DNA from: Chiloscyllium plagiosum
Taxonomy: Eukaryota
Assembly (NCBI RefSeq): GCF_004010195.1
Contig: NC_057718.1
Span: 90,997,353-91,061,352, forward strand
Direction of reading: 5' to 3'
Length of the DNA stretch: 64,000 nt
In this document: piece after piece, positions 1-14,415 of the stretch
Position numbering within the stretch: position 1 is the first letter of the stretch
Layout: every line of letters begins with the position of its first letter
The notes under the pieces: model-generated
Told to the model about the DNA's origin: nothing
Databases searched by the model: none
What the model saw: only the letters and a program-made list of their open reading frames with translations
Program-made: the position numbers and the translations under genes

Positions 1-1533
1 TCCTGCTCCTCCGAAGCCGTCTGATCGGCTGTGTTTTTCTAGTGCCACACTCTTCCACGCTGATCTCCAACATCTGCAGTCCTCACTTTCTCCCAACTCC
101 TATACTCAATGTACTGACCAATGACAGCACGTGTACTAGATGCCTTCCTCACTATCCTGCCTACCTGCAACTCCACTTTCAAAGAACTGTGAGCTTTCAG
201 GAGGAAATGATTGAAGAGCCAGTATTAAACTCTTAGTCAATGCCACCAGGTGAGAGAATCTGTTTCTCTTCCTGTAGGATCTGGTGTAATTCAGAAATAT
301 ATTGAACTTTGACAATTGCGTCAGATTTAATTGTAGGGAGTATAAGTCATAGTATACAAAACTCACACATTACTTGTGTTGTACACTGGATGGCGCTAAT
401 TTTAGATCACTTCCACAGCACTGAAATTAATACTTTAGGAGTCTACATCTACAGTACTTATGAACTTGCACTGGCTTGCAGTCTTCAAATGGAAAGAATA
501 GTTTTCCTTTCCGTGTGAATAAAGGGACTGGAACGAAGAATATTTAGTCAATGTGAAAAGTGATCTTTTACTGGCAAGAGTTGTATTGAATTATAATGCC
601 ATAAAGAGCCTTGACCTAGCAAATGTACTTCCTGTTTGCTGCCCTATCTCTGTCTTGTTCATTTTTATTTACAAATTCTCAAATCAAAAGAGAATGTGTT
701 GAGATTTTATCTCATTTTTATCTCTGCCAAAAGTTGATTTTTTTCTTACTTAATGCCTTGGTGCCATTTACAAATATATTCTAATGTGTAAATGCACTGA
801 GCTGGTTTAAATCTAAAATAAGTCCAACAAGTTTTAAATATTTCTAAGATACTTCTTCTTTGTGAGAATTTCATTGAAATCTGGTATTCTGCCTTGAAAT
901 AAACAAGCTCGGTGCAAATGCTGGGGAATGTTGGTTACCGTGGTAACTGAGTCATTCGGGATGCATTGTTTAGTTTTAGATTGCTGGTTTTCAAGAGTGT
1001 CATTTTTGTTAAAAATGAACAGTTCCAACAAAAACAAGTATTTCTGTCAAAGTTGATAACTTTTCATGCTTTTTTAGGGCTCTCAATCTGAAAGAAATCG
1101 GTCCAATTTGCTGTGTTTTGTTTGGCCCAGTCCATTCTATAATTTAAGAAGTCTTGAATTGAAGTTTTATAAATTCCTAACCCTACTCATTTCTTTCCTA
1201 GCTGCCAATCAGGAGGGATCTTGGCTGGGAAAGTTCAGTCACTACCCAAGCAGATAGCAGGCCTTAGCTGCTATAATTATATTCCATTGCCTTGCTTGAT
1301 GAAATGTTATTTATCCATAAGCCCTACAGTTTAAAGTGGAGGAGTTAACTGATAGTGTTACATCTGGATATCTGCCTCATCTCTCCTTCATTAGGTCAGA
1401 GAGGACAGTGAAGATTTTTTCTGCTTATGTTTAACTTTAACCTCCTTTGATCTAGCAGATAATTCATCATACTCCACAAAGAACCATAGATATCTCTCTC
1501 TCGGGTAAATAATCATTATTTACATGCAGCGCA

Positions 1534-1835
1534 GGGGTTAGTTAGCTCAGTTGGTTGGATAGCTGGTTTGTGATGCAGTGTGGTGCCAACAGAATAGGTT
1601 CAATTCCTGTACAGCTGAGGTTATCATGAAGGACTCTCCTTCTCAACCTCTCACCTTACCTGAGGCACAGTGTCCCTCAGGTTAAACCACCACTAGTAGC
1701 CTCTCTCTCTCTCTCTCTCTCTTACACTCTCTCACTCTTTTGCTCCCTCTCTCTCGCTCACACTCACGCTCTCTGTCTCTCGCTCTCTCTCTCTCTCTCA
1801 TGGGACAGAAAGCCTATTGCCATGTCTTACTAGAC
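1534..1835 (+). mobile_element. tRNA-derived SINE with an internal (CT)n microsatellite
   Basis: A box tagctcagttgg, B box ggttcaattcc; CT-rich tract 1701-1799. Confidence 0.65.
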
Positions 1836-2260
1836 CACGTTACCTCTGCCATGTTGTGTGTGTTTGTGCCTGTGAGTTGTTTGATTTGGATGGGGGTGGG
1901 AGTTGATGGTGGTTTGAGGGGAGAGTATGAGAGAGAGAAAGGAATGCTCAATCAAAACTGCTGCCCCTGAAAACGACAGAGTTAAGACTACATTAAGGGA
2001 TAGCATCATCTATTAAAGAAACCGTAATCCTGAGAAAATAGTAACAAAATAATTTAATGTTGATTGATTGTAGTCAGAGAGGTCACGAGACAGAGCTTGA
2101 GTGAAATAAGTTATTTGGCTAAGGATTGGAAGATTAATTTCTACATGAGAAAGTGCAGAGCAGTGTGCATTGGTAAAGGAATATTGAACATGGCTACAAA
2201 ACAAAAGCTATGTGGAGAATCCAGTGTTAGGATACACACTCGAGTCCTAGAATGGCACTG

Positions 2261-2619
2261 AGAGTCATACATCATGGAAACAGACTCTCCAGACCACCCA
2301 GTCCATATCGACCATGTTCCCAGGGTAAACTAGTCCCACCTGCCTCTGCTTGGCCAAATCCCTCTGAACCTTTCCTGTTCATGTATGTATCCAAATGTCT
2401 TTTAAACATTGTAACTGTACCTGCATCCATCACTTCCTTTGGAAGTTCATTTCACACACGAACCATTCTCTGAGTAAAAAAAGAAGTTGCCCCTCACGTC
2501 CTTTTTAAAGCTTCCTCCTCTCATCTTAAAAATATGCCCTGTAGTCTTGAAATTCCGAACCCTAGGGAAAAGACACCTGCCATTCACCTTATCGATACCT
2601 CTCATGGTTTTATAAACCT
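2261..2619 (-). mobile_element. CR1 3' end
   Basis: Reverse complement of the CR1 3'UTR seen at 5100-5468. Confidence 0.85.
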
Positions 2620-3112
2620 GAACTGTTGTGAAGGATTATGGGAAATGGCAGGATAGTAGAGTTGAGATCAAGACCAGGTTATCCAGGATTTTATTGATGT
2701 GGGGTGGGGAGGGAGTGGGTGGGGGAGGAGGAGGAGAGAGGAGACTGGCTCGAGAGTTTGTACAATACACTCCAGCTCCTATTTCTTTCTATTCTCATGT
2801 TTTGTCTCACCTGATGAATCAGTCTCTCCTTGTGCCTCAATGTCTGCCTTTTATTGGTAATTACATGATGTTTGGATGTAGCAGACCTGGTCGAAAATAA
2901 GAGCTGTGCAGAGATGACAGAGGATGTCGTTTCAACTATACTAGTAATGGTGATGAGAAGGGTCTTGTGGTACAATGATAGTGTCCCTACTTTTTGACAG
3001 AAGATCAGGGTTCAAGTCCTACCTGTCCTGTCAGTGTGTCATAACCTATTAAAGGCTCCGTATTAGCGAACCAATCTCTGGGCTGAAAGGTCCAGGTTCA
3101 AGTTTAACCTCG

Positions 3113-3411
3113 ACCATAAAACATAGAAGCTGAAATTAGGCCATTCAGCCTAGCAAGTCTACTGCACCATTCAATCATGGCTGATACGTTTCTCAAACCT
3201 ATTCTCCCACTTTCTCCCTCTAACCCTTGATACTTAAGAACCTATCCATCTCAGTCTTAAATATCCTCAATGACCTGGCCTCCACAGCCTTCTGTGACAA
3301 TGAATTCCATAGATTCACCACTCTCTGGCTGAAGACATTTCTCCTTACCTCCCTTCTAAAAGGTCTTCCCTTTACTCTAAGGGTGTGCCCTCAGGTTTTA
3401 GTCTCTCCTAC
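3113..3411 (-). mobile_element. CR1 3' end (second subfamily)
   Basis: ggccattcagcc..attcaatcatggctgat..ctggcctccacagccttctg matches the 27540-27800 type. Confidence 0.8.
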
Positions 3412-4212
3412 CTATATGTAATAATCTGCCTAAATCATTTGATTAAAAACACTTACACGAGAAATGTGGGACATGGTAAAATAGAGAACAATTCCCAGCA
3501 GAACACTGGTTTATTTCCCGAGGTTTAAGCCTGGAAAAGACTAATGAAGAAGACGTGAACAATACACAATGCTACTTTAAAGGTCACTTTTCTGAATGCT
3601 GTGTTTTGGTTTTAGGTTAAAAAATTAATGAAGCTGTCCACAAACTATTATGTTCCTCTGCCCATGCAATAAAACTACACATTGGATATCAGAAAACTTG
3701 GATTTTTTACCTGCTAAATAAACTTCAGATCAGAAATAAATACCAACTCCTGTTTGATTAGTTTCACAACATAGAGGAACATTGTCACTGTTGAAATGAA
3801 ATGCCACGCTAGGAAAGTGGTATGTGGATTACGGCACAAGAGCAGAATGTGGAAATGTGTGATTCATACTTTATCAGTTTTAACACACAAACTGGATTAA
3901 ATCCGGGGTTCAATGTTAGGTATGATCATAAAAATACAAAGCTTGTACATGATGCATTTTATTGGTAAATTGCTTCACACATAAACTTCAGTGTTTAATT
4001 TTAGAAAATTTGTCATGTAAAGAAACATTTCCATCCACTACCGGTAAAAGTGAATTTGATGTAAATATATTTAAGTCTAACTTGACTGTGTTGAAAATTA
4101 AGACTATCCACTTGCCTGCCTCTGTCCTTCACCAATGCAGCCCGACCGGGACAATCCGCACTGGTGTGCCGAGCTTTCCAGCCTTATCCCATGGTGCAAC
4201 CATTTCTCCCAT

Positions 4213-5468
4213 CTTTGTGCGTGGGAAATCATGTTTCACGAACTTGATTGAGTTTTTTGAAGAAGTAACAAAGAGGATTGATGAGGGCAGAGCAATAGAT
4301 GTGATCTATATGGACTTCAGTAAGGCGCTCGACAAGGTTCCCCATGGGAGACTGGTGAGCAAGGTTAGATCTCATGGAATACAGGGAGAATTAACTATTT
4401 GGATACAAAACTGGCTCAAAGGTAGAAGACAGAGGGTGGTGGTGGAGGGTTGTTTTTCAGACTGGAGGCCTGTGACCAGTGGAGTGCCACAAGGATCGGT
4501 GCTGGGTCCACTACCTTTTCTCATTTATATAAATGATTTGGATGTGAGCATAAAAGGTATAGTTAGTAAGTTTGCAGATGACACCAAAATTGGAGGTGTA
4601 GTGGCCAGCAAAGAAGGTTACCTCAGATTACAACAGGATCTTGATCAGATGGGCCAATGGGCTGAGAAGTGGCAGATGAAGTTTAATTCAGATAAATGTG
4701 AGGTGCTGCATTTTTGGAAAGCAAATCTTAGCAGGTCCTTGGGAATTTTGCTGAACAAAGAGACCTTGGAGTGCCGGTTCATAGCTCCTTGAAAGTGGAG
4801 TTGCAGGTAGATAAGATAGTGAAGAAGGTGTTTGGTATGCTTTCCTTTATTGGTCAGAGTATTGAGTACAGGAGTTGGGAGATCATGTTGCGGCTGTATA
4901 GGACATTGGTTCGGACAATGTTAGAATATTGCATGCAATTCTGGTCTCCTTCCTATTGGAAAGATGTTGTAAAACTTGAAAGGGTTCAGAAAAGATTTAT
5001 AAGGATGTTGTCAGGCTTGGAGGATTTGAGCTATAGGGAGAAGCTGAACAGGCTGGGGCTGTTTTCCCTGGAGTGTCGGAGGCTGAGGGGTGACTTTATA
5101 GAGGTTTACAAAATTATGAGGGACATGGATAGGATAAATAGACAAAGTGTTTTCCCTGGGACAGGAGAGTCCAGAACTAGAGGGCATAGGTTTAGGGTGA
5201 GAGGGGAAAGATATAAAAGGGACCTAAGGGACAACTTTTTCACACAGGGTGGTATGTGTATGGAATGAGTTGCCAGAGGAAGTGGTGGAGGCTGGTACAA
5301 TTGCAATATTTAAAAGGCATTTGGATGGGTATATGAATAGAAAGGGATTGAAGGGATATGGGCTGGGTGCAGGCAGGTGGGACTAGATTGGGTTGGGATA
5401 TCTGGTCGGCATGGACGGGTTGGACTGAGGAGTCTGTTTCCATGCTGTGACATCTCTGTGACTCTATC
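4213..5468 (+). mobile_element. CR1/HER1 LINE, 5'-truncated (RT + 3'UTR)
   Basis: GKSCFTNLIEFFE, YMDFSKA.DKVPH, SGVPQGSVLGP, SKFADDTK; frameshifted. Confidence 0.95.
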
Positions 5469-6365
5469 TTGCTTTCACCTCAACCTTTATCATACTTATC
5501 ACTTCCATTTGGCTGATGACCCAGAGAACGTACTATGGCATGTTGGGAAATGGAATCCAATTAGTCTGACAGATTGTAGACTGGCATTTGAAAATTAACC
5601 ATGTTTGCGACTTATCATTAGCTGGTTCACCGGTGCCCTTCAGAGAGTAACCTACCACCCCTCCCTAATCTGGCTTACATGACTTCAACCCCACATTACC
5701 TTGAAACTTTGGTGCCATATTATATAATTGACTTTAGGAATGGACAAGGCATGATGCAATATCAGTATCACCTACACCCTAACATGAGGTCTCCACTATT
5801 CTGATCTTGCAATCCTACCCTGAACCTCGAGCTCCTGAAATTGCTTGACACTTTGATGGTCTGCTGACGGACTGTTGCAAATTTGTTTTTGGACCTATGT
5901 CACCTGCAGAGAAAATCTTAGAGAAACCTGTTGGCCTGTTGCAGTGGCTTAGCGGGGTGTTAGTAATTCCATGATACAAGCTAAGAGTACAAATTTGGCC
6001 TGTTCTCCTCCACCTGCACTTTCGAATCTAGATATCTGATTATTCAGCTCATTATTGTTTGTAGAGCACATCAAGTTCAGTAAATAGTTAACCATGTAAC
6101 TGAGATACCATTGGAGCACTTTTTTCCATTTATGTGGACATAAGCAAGTAATTTGAACCAAACATACTCTAAAACATGCAATTGTGCTAACTCGTACGTT
6201 CATCAATATCTCCAATAATATACAATGTATGTTAGAACATATTCTGTCACTCACCATGAACAGCGCTTTGGAGATCTGTTATGTATTTCACATCCTTGAT
6301 GTACTGCTGCTTGTGATTAATAACAATGCAGCAAGCTCCACTGTCGTTGTCTTTTTTTCTCTCAG

Positions 6366-6407
6366 GTGCAAATGCTTTTCAACAAGTTCACATCCCCTCA
6401 ATTCAAG
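6366..6407 (+). other. Candidate small exon
   Basis: Acceptor ctttttttctctcag|G and donor AAG|gtatgt bracket 42 nt of non-repeat sequence. Confidence 0.3.
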
Positions 6408-8624
6408 GTATGTTTGGTTTTGTGAGCAGTGAGCCAGCTGTATAAATAGTTCAGGAAATGGTCAGCTATTGTTCATCTCCTTCCTTGTGGTGAATCAATC
6501 ATTCAATGATGCACAGTGAGTCATGAGCTGCTAGAGGTTAACTGTCCCACTCAGCTCCGTGACGTTCACTTACTACTGTTCCACAAATTCTCTACTGTCT
6601 TTTTTCAGAAAGTGCATCTTTTTAAAAAAATTCCGCCAGCCTATTTATATTTCTGATCTTCCTTTGAAATGTTAGAGTGTCGTATAAAGGATGTAATAGA
6701 AAACAGTTGGAACTACATAGTATAACCAATTGGATCGGCATGGCTTCATGAAGGAGAAATCATCCCTGATACATTTATTAGAATTCTTTGAGGCCATAAC
6801 AAGCAGGATAGATAAGGAGGAACCAGTGGATGAAATGTATTTGGATTTCCAAATGGTGTTCGATAAGGTTTAAGGCGATTCAATATTAGAAAGGCCAATG
6901 TTATTGAGGATTAAAATGGATTGAGGACTGGCTCACTCATCGAAGATTCTCAGCAGAATGTTAATAGGGACCTGAGTGATGTGGTCAGTGGTGAGATTTG
7001 TGGCATAATCAGGTGAGAAATCCAATGAGGCCTGTCTCAATGCCCAGAGCACCTCACTGCATCTATTATGCATAGGCTAAAATATAAGCACTACTGGAGT
7101 TGGGCGGTAGTGTGGGGGGAAAATAAAATAACAAGGGGATTTAGAATTTCCTCAGTTCAGGGAACTGACTCTGAGCTAGCTGGCCAAAGAAAAAATATGC
7201 ATTTGCTGAGCAGTGAAGCAAGTTTCTTGCTAAGCAGTGGCGAGTTGCAAATTAAGGAGATTATTGCTGGTTGCATTCTTTATTAAGGCAGTTCATTAAT
7301 ATTCAGCTTCTCATTTTTCCAAATGCACTGACCTATCTAGGTGTCAAGGATTCTCAACGTGGAAGTCAGAGCGAGTACCTGGTGAGCTCCACTTGCTGCT
7401 CGTTCCAAAGAACCTCCATGTTGGATACCATGATGTGAAGGTGCCGGTGTTGGACTGGTGCAGACAAAGTTAAAAATCACACAACACCAGGTTATAGTCC
7501 AACAGGTTTATTTGGAAGGACGAGTTTTCAGAGCACTGCTCCTTCAACCATCTGGATACCTCCGCTCGCTGCTTGCTCCAAAGGATCTCCATGGTGGAGA
7601 TCAAGCAGCAACATCCTAGGCATTCAGCCTCCTTGGACACTGGCATCCAACACGTGTCAGCCTCTCTGAACCAATGTGGCACATTCCTGTTGTGATTATA
7701 GTATGCTTCCGCACATCAGTACTGCACCTCTGGTCGCACCGGCAACTCTTATTGCAATACTGCAGCAAGGATACCGTGTGCTCAGGGACACACACACACA
7801 CACACACACACACCATGACTGGACCAGAGCTTCATCTGCAGGCTATTGGCTCACTGCTGCAGCACTCACTCACCCTGAGTCCACCTTGAATCTCTCAACA
7901 TTCCTGCCTTCCCTCTTGTGTACTTTGCTCCCTCAGCCAGAGATACCAGTCTCCTATTACTTCTGTCTTTCCCTGCTGTTTAGCAGAGACACAAAGTTAG
8001 GAAGTTCATCATGGTTGTCAGCGTCCAGTCAAGGGAGCTGGCCTTCTCTCAGGGGTCCTGGCACAGTAAGTCAAAAGCAACCTATTGGGCATGGGCACTC
8101 AGGTGCCCAAAGCAGTGGAAGTCCACATAAAGGAAGAGAATCTGAATGTCATGAAACCCTCCAATGGTCAAGACTCTCTCTTCCCTAGTCTTTCTTTCAA
8201 TTGTAGGCTGCTTTGCTACTGGATTGAAAGAGATGCAGGTACTAAGGGAGATGAAAGTGGGACAGATGCTGATCTTGATGTCGGTGAGAAGGTGCCCAAG
8301 CAAGTGAGTAGGCAACACAGGGGGCATTCAGGATACTGGTGTCAAGGGTTTCGGAATAGTTGATGGCAAGTGAGTAAAGATGTCACAAGCAATACTGGGA
8401 GTGGTACAGCATTAATATTTTGTAGGGCAACTGTTAACATTCAGATTTCTCAAAGGAAGAGAAAATTTAAAGGAACTTTGCATTTAGTGTAAAATTTATA
8501 ATTAGGACCATCCTCTCTTGCAGGGTATTTTGGATCTAAATTACACAACAAGGGAGAGAAATAGAGTCACATAAAACAACAAAAACATGTTACTGTAGAG
8601 TTGCTGTTACAAATCAATAAATGT

Positions 8625-9666
8625 GTAGTAGTGGAAGGGAGCTTCTCAAAATGGAGACCTGTGACCAGTGATGTTCCACAGGGATCCACGCGGGACCACT
8701 GTTGTTTGTGATATACATAAATGATTTGGACGAAGGTGTAGGTTGCCACATTAGTAAGTTTGCAGATAACACTAAGATTGGTGGAGTAGCAGATAGTGAA
8801 GGGGACTGCCAGAGAATACAGCAGAATGGTGAGTTAGGCAGAGAAATGGCAGATGGAGTTCAATCCAACAAATGCGAGGTGATGCATTTTGGAAGATGCA
8901 ATTCAAGAGCGAACTATACAGTAAATGGAAAAGTCCTGGGGAAAACTGATGTACAGAGAGATCTGGGTGTTCAGGTCCATTGTTCCCTGAAGTTGGCAAT
9001 GCAGCTCAGTAGAGTGGTCAAGAAGGCGTATGGCATGCTTTCCTTCATCGGATGGGGAAAGAGTTGGCAAGTCATGTTAGAGTTGTATAAAACTTTGGTT
9101 CGGCCACATTTGGAATACTGCGTACAGTTCTGGTCGCTACATTACCAAAAAGATGTGGATGCTTTGGAGAGGGTGCAGAGGAGGTTCACCAGGTTGTTGC
9201 CTGGTATGGAGGGTGCTAGCTATGAGGAGACATTGAGAAGTTTAGCATTATTTTCATTGGAAAGGAGAGGTAGAGGGGGGATCTGATTGAGGCCTACAAA
9301 ATCATGAGGTATAGACAGGGTGGATAGCAAGAAACTTTTTTTTTCCTCAGAGTGGAGGACTCGATTACTAGGGGTCACAAATTTAAAGTGAGAGGGGAAA
9401 GGTTTAGGGGAGATATGCATGGAAAGTTCTTCACGCGGAGGGTGGTGGGTGCCTAGAATGTGTTGCCAGCAGAACTGGTAGGGGCAGGAACAATAGCGTC
9501 ATTTAAGATGTATCTAGACAGATACATGAATTGGTGGGGAGCAAAAAGATACAGATCCTTAGAAAATAGGCGGCAGGTTTAGTTAGAGGATATGGATCGG
9601 CACAGGCTTGGAGGGCTGAAGGGCCTGTTCCTGTGCTGTAATGTTCTTTGTTCTTTCTTTGTTCTG
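8625..9666 (+). mobile_element. CR1 LINE, 5'-truncated
   Basis: YINDL..SKFADNTK..LVRPHLEYCVQFWS; (gttctt)-type tail. Confidence 0.95.
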
Positions 9667-12600
9667 TGTGACATGAATGGAAAGATGGAGCTCAGTTAAA
9701 GTCATTAAAAAGGAAGTAACCATGATAGCAACATCAACTCAAATAATCAAGAAACACAACAGCCTTTTAAACCTCTGAGACATCAAAGATGAAGTTGAAA
9801 GGCAACAGAGAACCACACCCAGTCTCTCTTCATTCAATTACAGAATAATGGAGTGTTGTCGTCATCTTTGCAGAGGTCCTTGGAAAAGGTCGACACATCT
9901 GTCTTGCATAATAGTTACTGTATCTGCTCATTTTGTGTAAAAGATGGTTGGTTTTAATTGAAAGACATTAATTGTAGAGAATTACAGTCTTTGGACCACC
10001 ATGTCTGCACCAGTCATCAAACACCCAATCATTCTAATCATATTTTCCTGCACTTGACCTATAACCTTTTATGCTGTGACATTTCAAGTGTTCATCTCGC
10101 TAGTTCTTAAATATCTTGAGGGTTCCCACCTCTGCCCTTCTTTCAGACAGTAAATTCCAGATACTCACCACTCTCTGGGTGAAAGAAGTTCTTCCTTAAA
10201 TTGCCTCTAAAATGCCTGCCCCTTTACCTTAAATCTACTTATCAATCCCTCTACTAAGGGGAAACCTCTCTTTCTATTTGTCCTATTAAAGCTCCTCATA
10301 ACTTTGGATACCTTGATTGGATTATTCACATTTTTAACTACCTCTCTAGGTAATCAGCTTCTGTACATTTTATGCACTACTGTATTTGAAGTCCAGATCA
10401 ATTATCTGCAGTTGGTTATTAACTTCTCCTTTCAATCTGAGTTGAGGACAGTACGTAATGGACTGAGTTTTAGGCAAATGCAGTTTCCCTTCTATAAAAC
10501 AGTGAAGGTGACTTTGTTGTAAGGAGTGCGCTGGGTCTTTATTGGAAGCTTTTAAAAGTGATCTAAGAAAAGACTTCTCATGTTTTGTAGGCAGAAGTGA
10601 GTACTACAGATTAGAATCAAGATTAGAGTGGAAAAGCATAGCAGGACAGGCAGCATCCGAGGAGCAAGAAAATCGACATTTCGGACAAAAGCCCTTCATC
10701 AGGAATCATATTTTGTCCCAAGCCATTAACTAACTCCTGAACAGGCCGAATGAAGAGGCTGTGTGGCTCCTCTCGCGACCACTCCAGTTTTTGTGAAAGA
10801 CTGTCCAAAGCCCTGGAAAAATTGTACAGCGGAAGCTGAGAGAAAGTGTGGAAAAGATTCACAGTTGCCAGTATTAAAAGGAACCAACAATTGGCAAAGC
10901 TTCAGCAGGCTGGGATCTTTTCTGTTGAAAAGGAGCAAGACAAACCTGAAAGAGGAAAGTAAAATTCTACAATGGATTTGTTAGGGTGGGTGTGAAGGAC
11001 CTGACTTCAGTTGTATTTCGAGTGAGTTTATTAGTTGCTAAACATGAGAGAAAGTAATGATGCAACATATCCACACAGGTTAGAAATGAGGTGTGATTCC
11101 AAAAAAATGGGGTAAAAACCGAGTCAGTCTCTGGGTTATTCTTGAAGAGTAGATAAAAGAACGTTGCTGGTTAAACAGTTGGTGTTGAGATCCTTGGCTT
11201 TGCAGTTACTTGAAATGCTTTTGTCCTATTTTCATTTGATTGGCTAGCTGCCTTCTAGGACTCAGAGCAAGATAGTTCTTTGACTGCAATGCAGGGGTAA
11301 CCAGTTTGTCCTCTGTAACTTTCACAAAACTAGACTTGCTATGCATGAGTACTTCAACCTAATGCCACACATGAGCCCCTTAGCTCACTAGCGTGCCTTC
11401 TTCCACTAGGGAACGTAGACAAAATTGAACTAGCTTTTAATCCATGTTCTAGTGTACTCGCGAAAGAGGAGGACATAAAATGTCTCTCACTCAGACTGCT
11501 GTCTTTTTTTCTCTCATCATGTCCCCAGTCTGAGATAACACCCAGAAATTACTGTTTACTTTTTAGTACTTTTCTCCCTTTAAGCCCATGCCTTTGAAGA
11601 TTTCTTAGCACCTCATCAGGTGTGACATTCCAGGATGTGACTGTCCTGATAGTCACTGAATTTACATCCACAGTCACCTTGGCCATGCGTCCTTTCAAAA
11701 AACATGTTGGCATTAAAATATTCAATATGTCCAAAGGTGATCTGGGGTTATGATTCATGATGATGAGAATTGATATGATAGACATTGTTGAAGGACCTGA
11801 ATATTAGGCCTTACTCTTTCAAAGCCCCAGGCTGTTCTGCCCAGTACCCCACATGACATCATTGTAGGAGCTGCTGAAGGCACTCCTCAATATTAACCCT
11901 TTCAGACCTTGTACAACAGAAGACACTAGAAAAGGGAACAGGCAAGGCCATGGTGGGATTTGCAAATACAGATGAGAATTTTAAGGCGTTGCTTAGCTGA
12001 GAGTGAATGTAGGTCTAGGAGCACAGGATTCTGTGTAACTGGGACTTGGTGTGAGTTGTGAGCAGAATTTTGAAAGATCACTAGTTTATATAGGGTATGG
12101 AACATTCCTGGAGTGCACGGTAATAGTCAAACTCCTAGGTAACAATGGCATGAATAAGGGTTTCGGTAGCAGATGAGCTAAGATGGGCAATGTTTCTGAG
12201 GTTGAAGTAGGCTTCTGTGAATATTTACGTGGAGGAATTTCCTTACCCTGAATACGGGAAGGAATACTCAGTGCTCAAAAGATTGACTTGAGATTCCCTT
12301 GCACACAAATGCCCAGATGTTCAAAAACCAGCTTAAGGCCAGCCTATATGTTATCTCCCAGCGTAGTAAAAGTGAAGGGAAGGAATGTTCAAAGTTGATG
12401 TACTACACTTTTAAGTTTTGGGCTTTGTTTGTTACCCTTTTTATGATAATTCTGTACTATCTGAAAAGTTACTACAGCATTCATGATCTTACTACTCACT
12501 TATCTCAGACAGCTGTAATTAATAGACAAATTAGTTAAAGCAAAAAGCACCAAGATCTCGAAGGAGAGAGATCCAGAACTGTCTGCTTCTCCTTGCACAC

Positions 12601-12772
12601 ACGTGCTTTTTAATCCTACACATTTGAGATGGGTAGTATTTATTCAATAGCAAGTAACATCTCAATCAAAGAAATGTGGAACTATTAAGACATCAAGTAA
12701 TTTGTTATTCGGATAACTTGGGGGCATATCCTTTCATGAATTACAAAGGTATTCAAATTACCCACTTTAATA

Positions 12773-12948
12773 CAGAGGAACCTTGATTATCCAAAGGACA
12801 TGGGCAGGCAGTATTTCGTTCGAATAATCGAATTCCGGATAATCGAATGCCGGATAACATAGTTTAGCCGAGCATCAGGACCTTGCGATCTTACCGGATA
12901 ATCCAATATTTGGATAATCAAATGCTGGACAATCGAGGGGCCTCTCTA
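12773..12948. mobile_element. MITE, same family as 52843
   Basis: TA|cagaggaaccttgattatcc TIR, multiple ggataa motifs, degenerate right TIR. Confidence 0.8.
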
Positions 12949-13749
12949 CAATATTGAAGAGTGTGTAATCTGAGTGTTTTTGATGACTTGGACTTTTTTT
13001 GTGGTTCTCAATTATTGCTTTTCCAGGCATGGCTTTAACATTTGACGAAAGGAATATTAAAGAGAGACGTCCTGTATAAATGAATATTTTTGTTGTCAGC
13101 TTTCTCTTCTCCTTTGTTTGAAAATGTCAGTTCTTTCAGTATGTTATGATTCTATGGATGTTAGGTGCCAGCTTGTACCTTTAACGAAAATGATAATTAT
13201 TCATTCATAGTAACCTATGACAATGAATACTGTAGGTGGTTTATTTGGAAACATCACAAGGGAAGTGCCACGTGATGCCCAAGCTTTCATTGCCAGCAGG
13301 GAATGCTGGATAGTAGTTGGGAATCAGAACCCTGCTCACTATTTGTTCAGAAGTTTGATTTGAATAAGATTTGGTACTGCAAGGAGATACAAGTATCCTG
13401 AGGAGTAGGTTGAACTTGCTGGAACTATGGTTACGATGATGTAAAGCAATTTTAAGTTGTATCTTTTGATCCCCTCTAATGGCTTGTCACGTCTTCTGAA
13501 ATATCTTGTGACATTTTACCATGCAAAAGACAAATGCAAATTGGTGTTCTCGTTATAGAGTTAGTCAGAACCATTGTTGATTAAACTAGTATTACCTGTT
13601 TTAATTCCTTCGATTACTGTAAACCTCATTAAATCCTAAAATTAATTGGCATGCTACTCATTGTGTTCGTTAAGTGCCACACCAATGAATGAAAGTTGGA
13701 GGAACCATTCACATAATTAATAGCTTTAGTATCATCAGTATTGTTTATA

Positions 13750-14415
13750 CAGGGAAACCTCAATTATCCGAACGAGCTGGGCGGGCATTATTTGGTCCGG
13801 ATAATTGATTATTTGGTTAATCGATTAAATGCCTTTCCTCTGGGGCTCGGAGCTTTTAAAAGTCTGCTCCCTGTTCAGGAGAATAGCAGCAGCGTGCGAG
13901 ACACCCACCAAACCCGTGCCCCGCCTCCCAGCACAAAGCGCGCGAGCCCCCGCCTGCACCAGAACCCCATCCAACACCGCCCCCCCCGACCCCTCAACAC
14001 CGCTCCCCCGCCTGCTCCCCCATCCCCGTCCAGCACTGTCCCCACCCCCTCTCCTGCCTGTACACAAACAACAAGATTGCTGCTGCTGCCTTTGTGTGGT
14101 AAGTGTCCAAATACACACACACACCTTATTTACTACAACTTTTTGACAGGTTCCACCTATGTCCTGTACAGGAAAATGTTGGAGAGATTATCTAGGGACA
14201 GGGTTTTAGGGTACACCCCTCTGTAGAACTCCAGGGAAAGTGTGAGAAGAGAGAGGGAGGGCAGGTGGTCAGTTATTTGGAGACGGTGCCTGTTTAATCA
14301 CTGTAAACAAAAGACGCGATCACTGTTGAAAACACATCTTTGATGTAATGTTTCTGTTTGGACCTCTGGATCTTCGGATAATCTGATTTTCAAATAATTG
14401 GTATTTGGATAATCT
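13750..14415. mobile_element. Non-autonomous DNA transposon, same family; right end cut by a SINE
   Basis: TA|cagggaaacctcaattatccgaa left TIR; ggataat repeats at the right end; GC-rich internal segment. Confidence 0.75.

Noticed and set aside
3962..4792. 276-aa ORF as a host gene
   Set aside because: From ~4213 it is CR1 reverse transcriptase; the N-terminal part is chance open flanking sequence.
10750..10984. Short ORFs (..FSRLGSFLLKRSK..) as an alternative RIN2 start
   Set aside because: No clear splice sites or homology; the similarity to RGSFFK is superficial.
12780..12935. CRISPR-like or satellite array of GGATAAT
   Set aside because: Eukaryotic context; these are irregular subterminal repeats inside a MITE.
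13741..14226. Pro-rich ORFs / CpG-island-like promoter
   Set aside because: They lie inside a TIR-bounded non-autonomous transposon and are low-complexity C-rich sequence.
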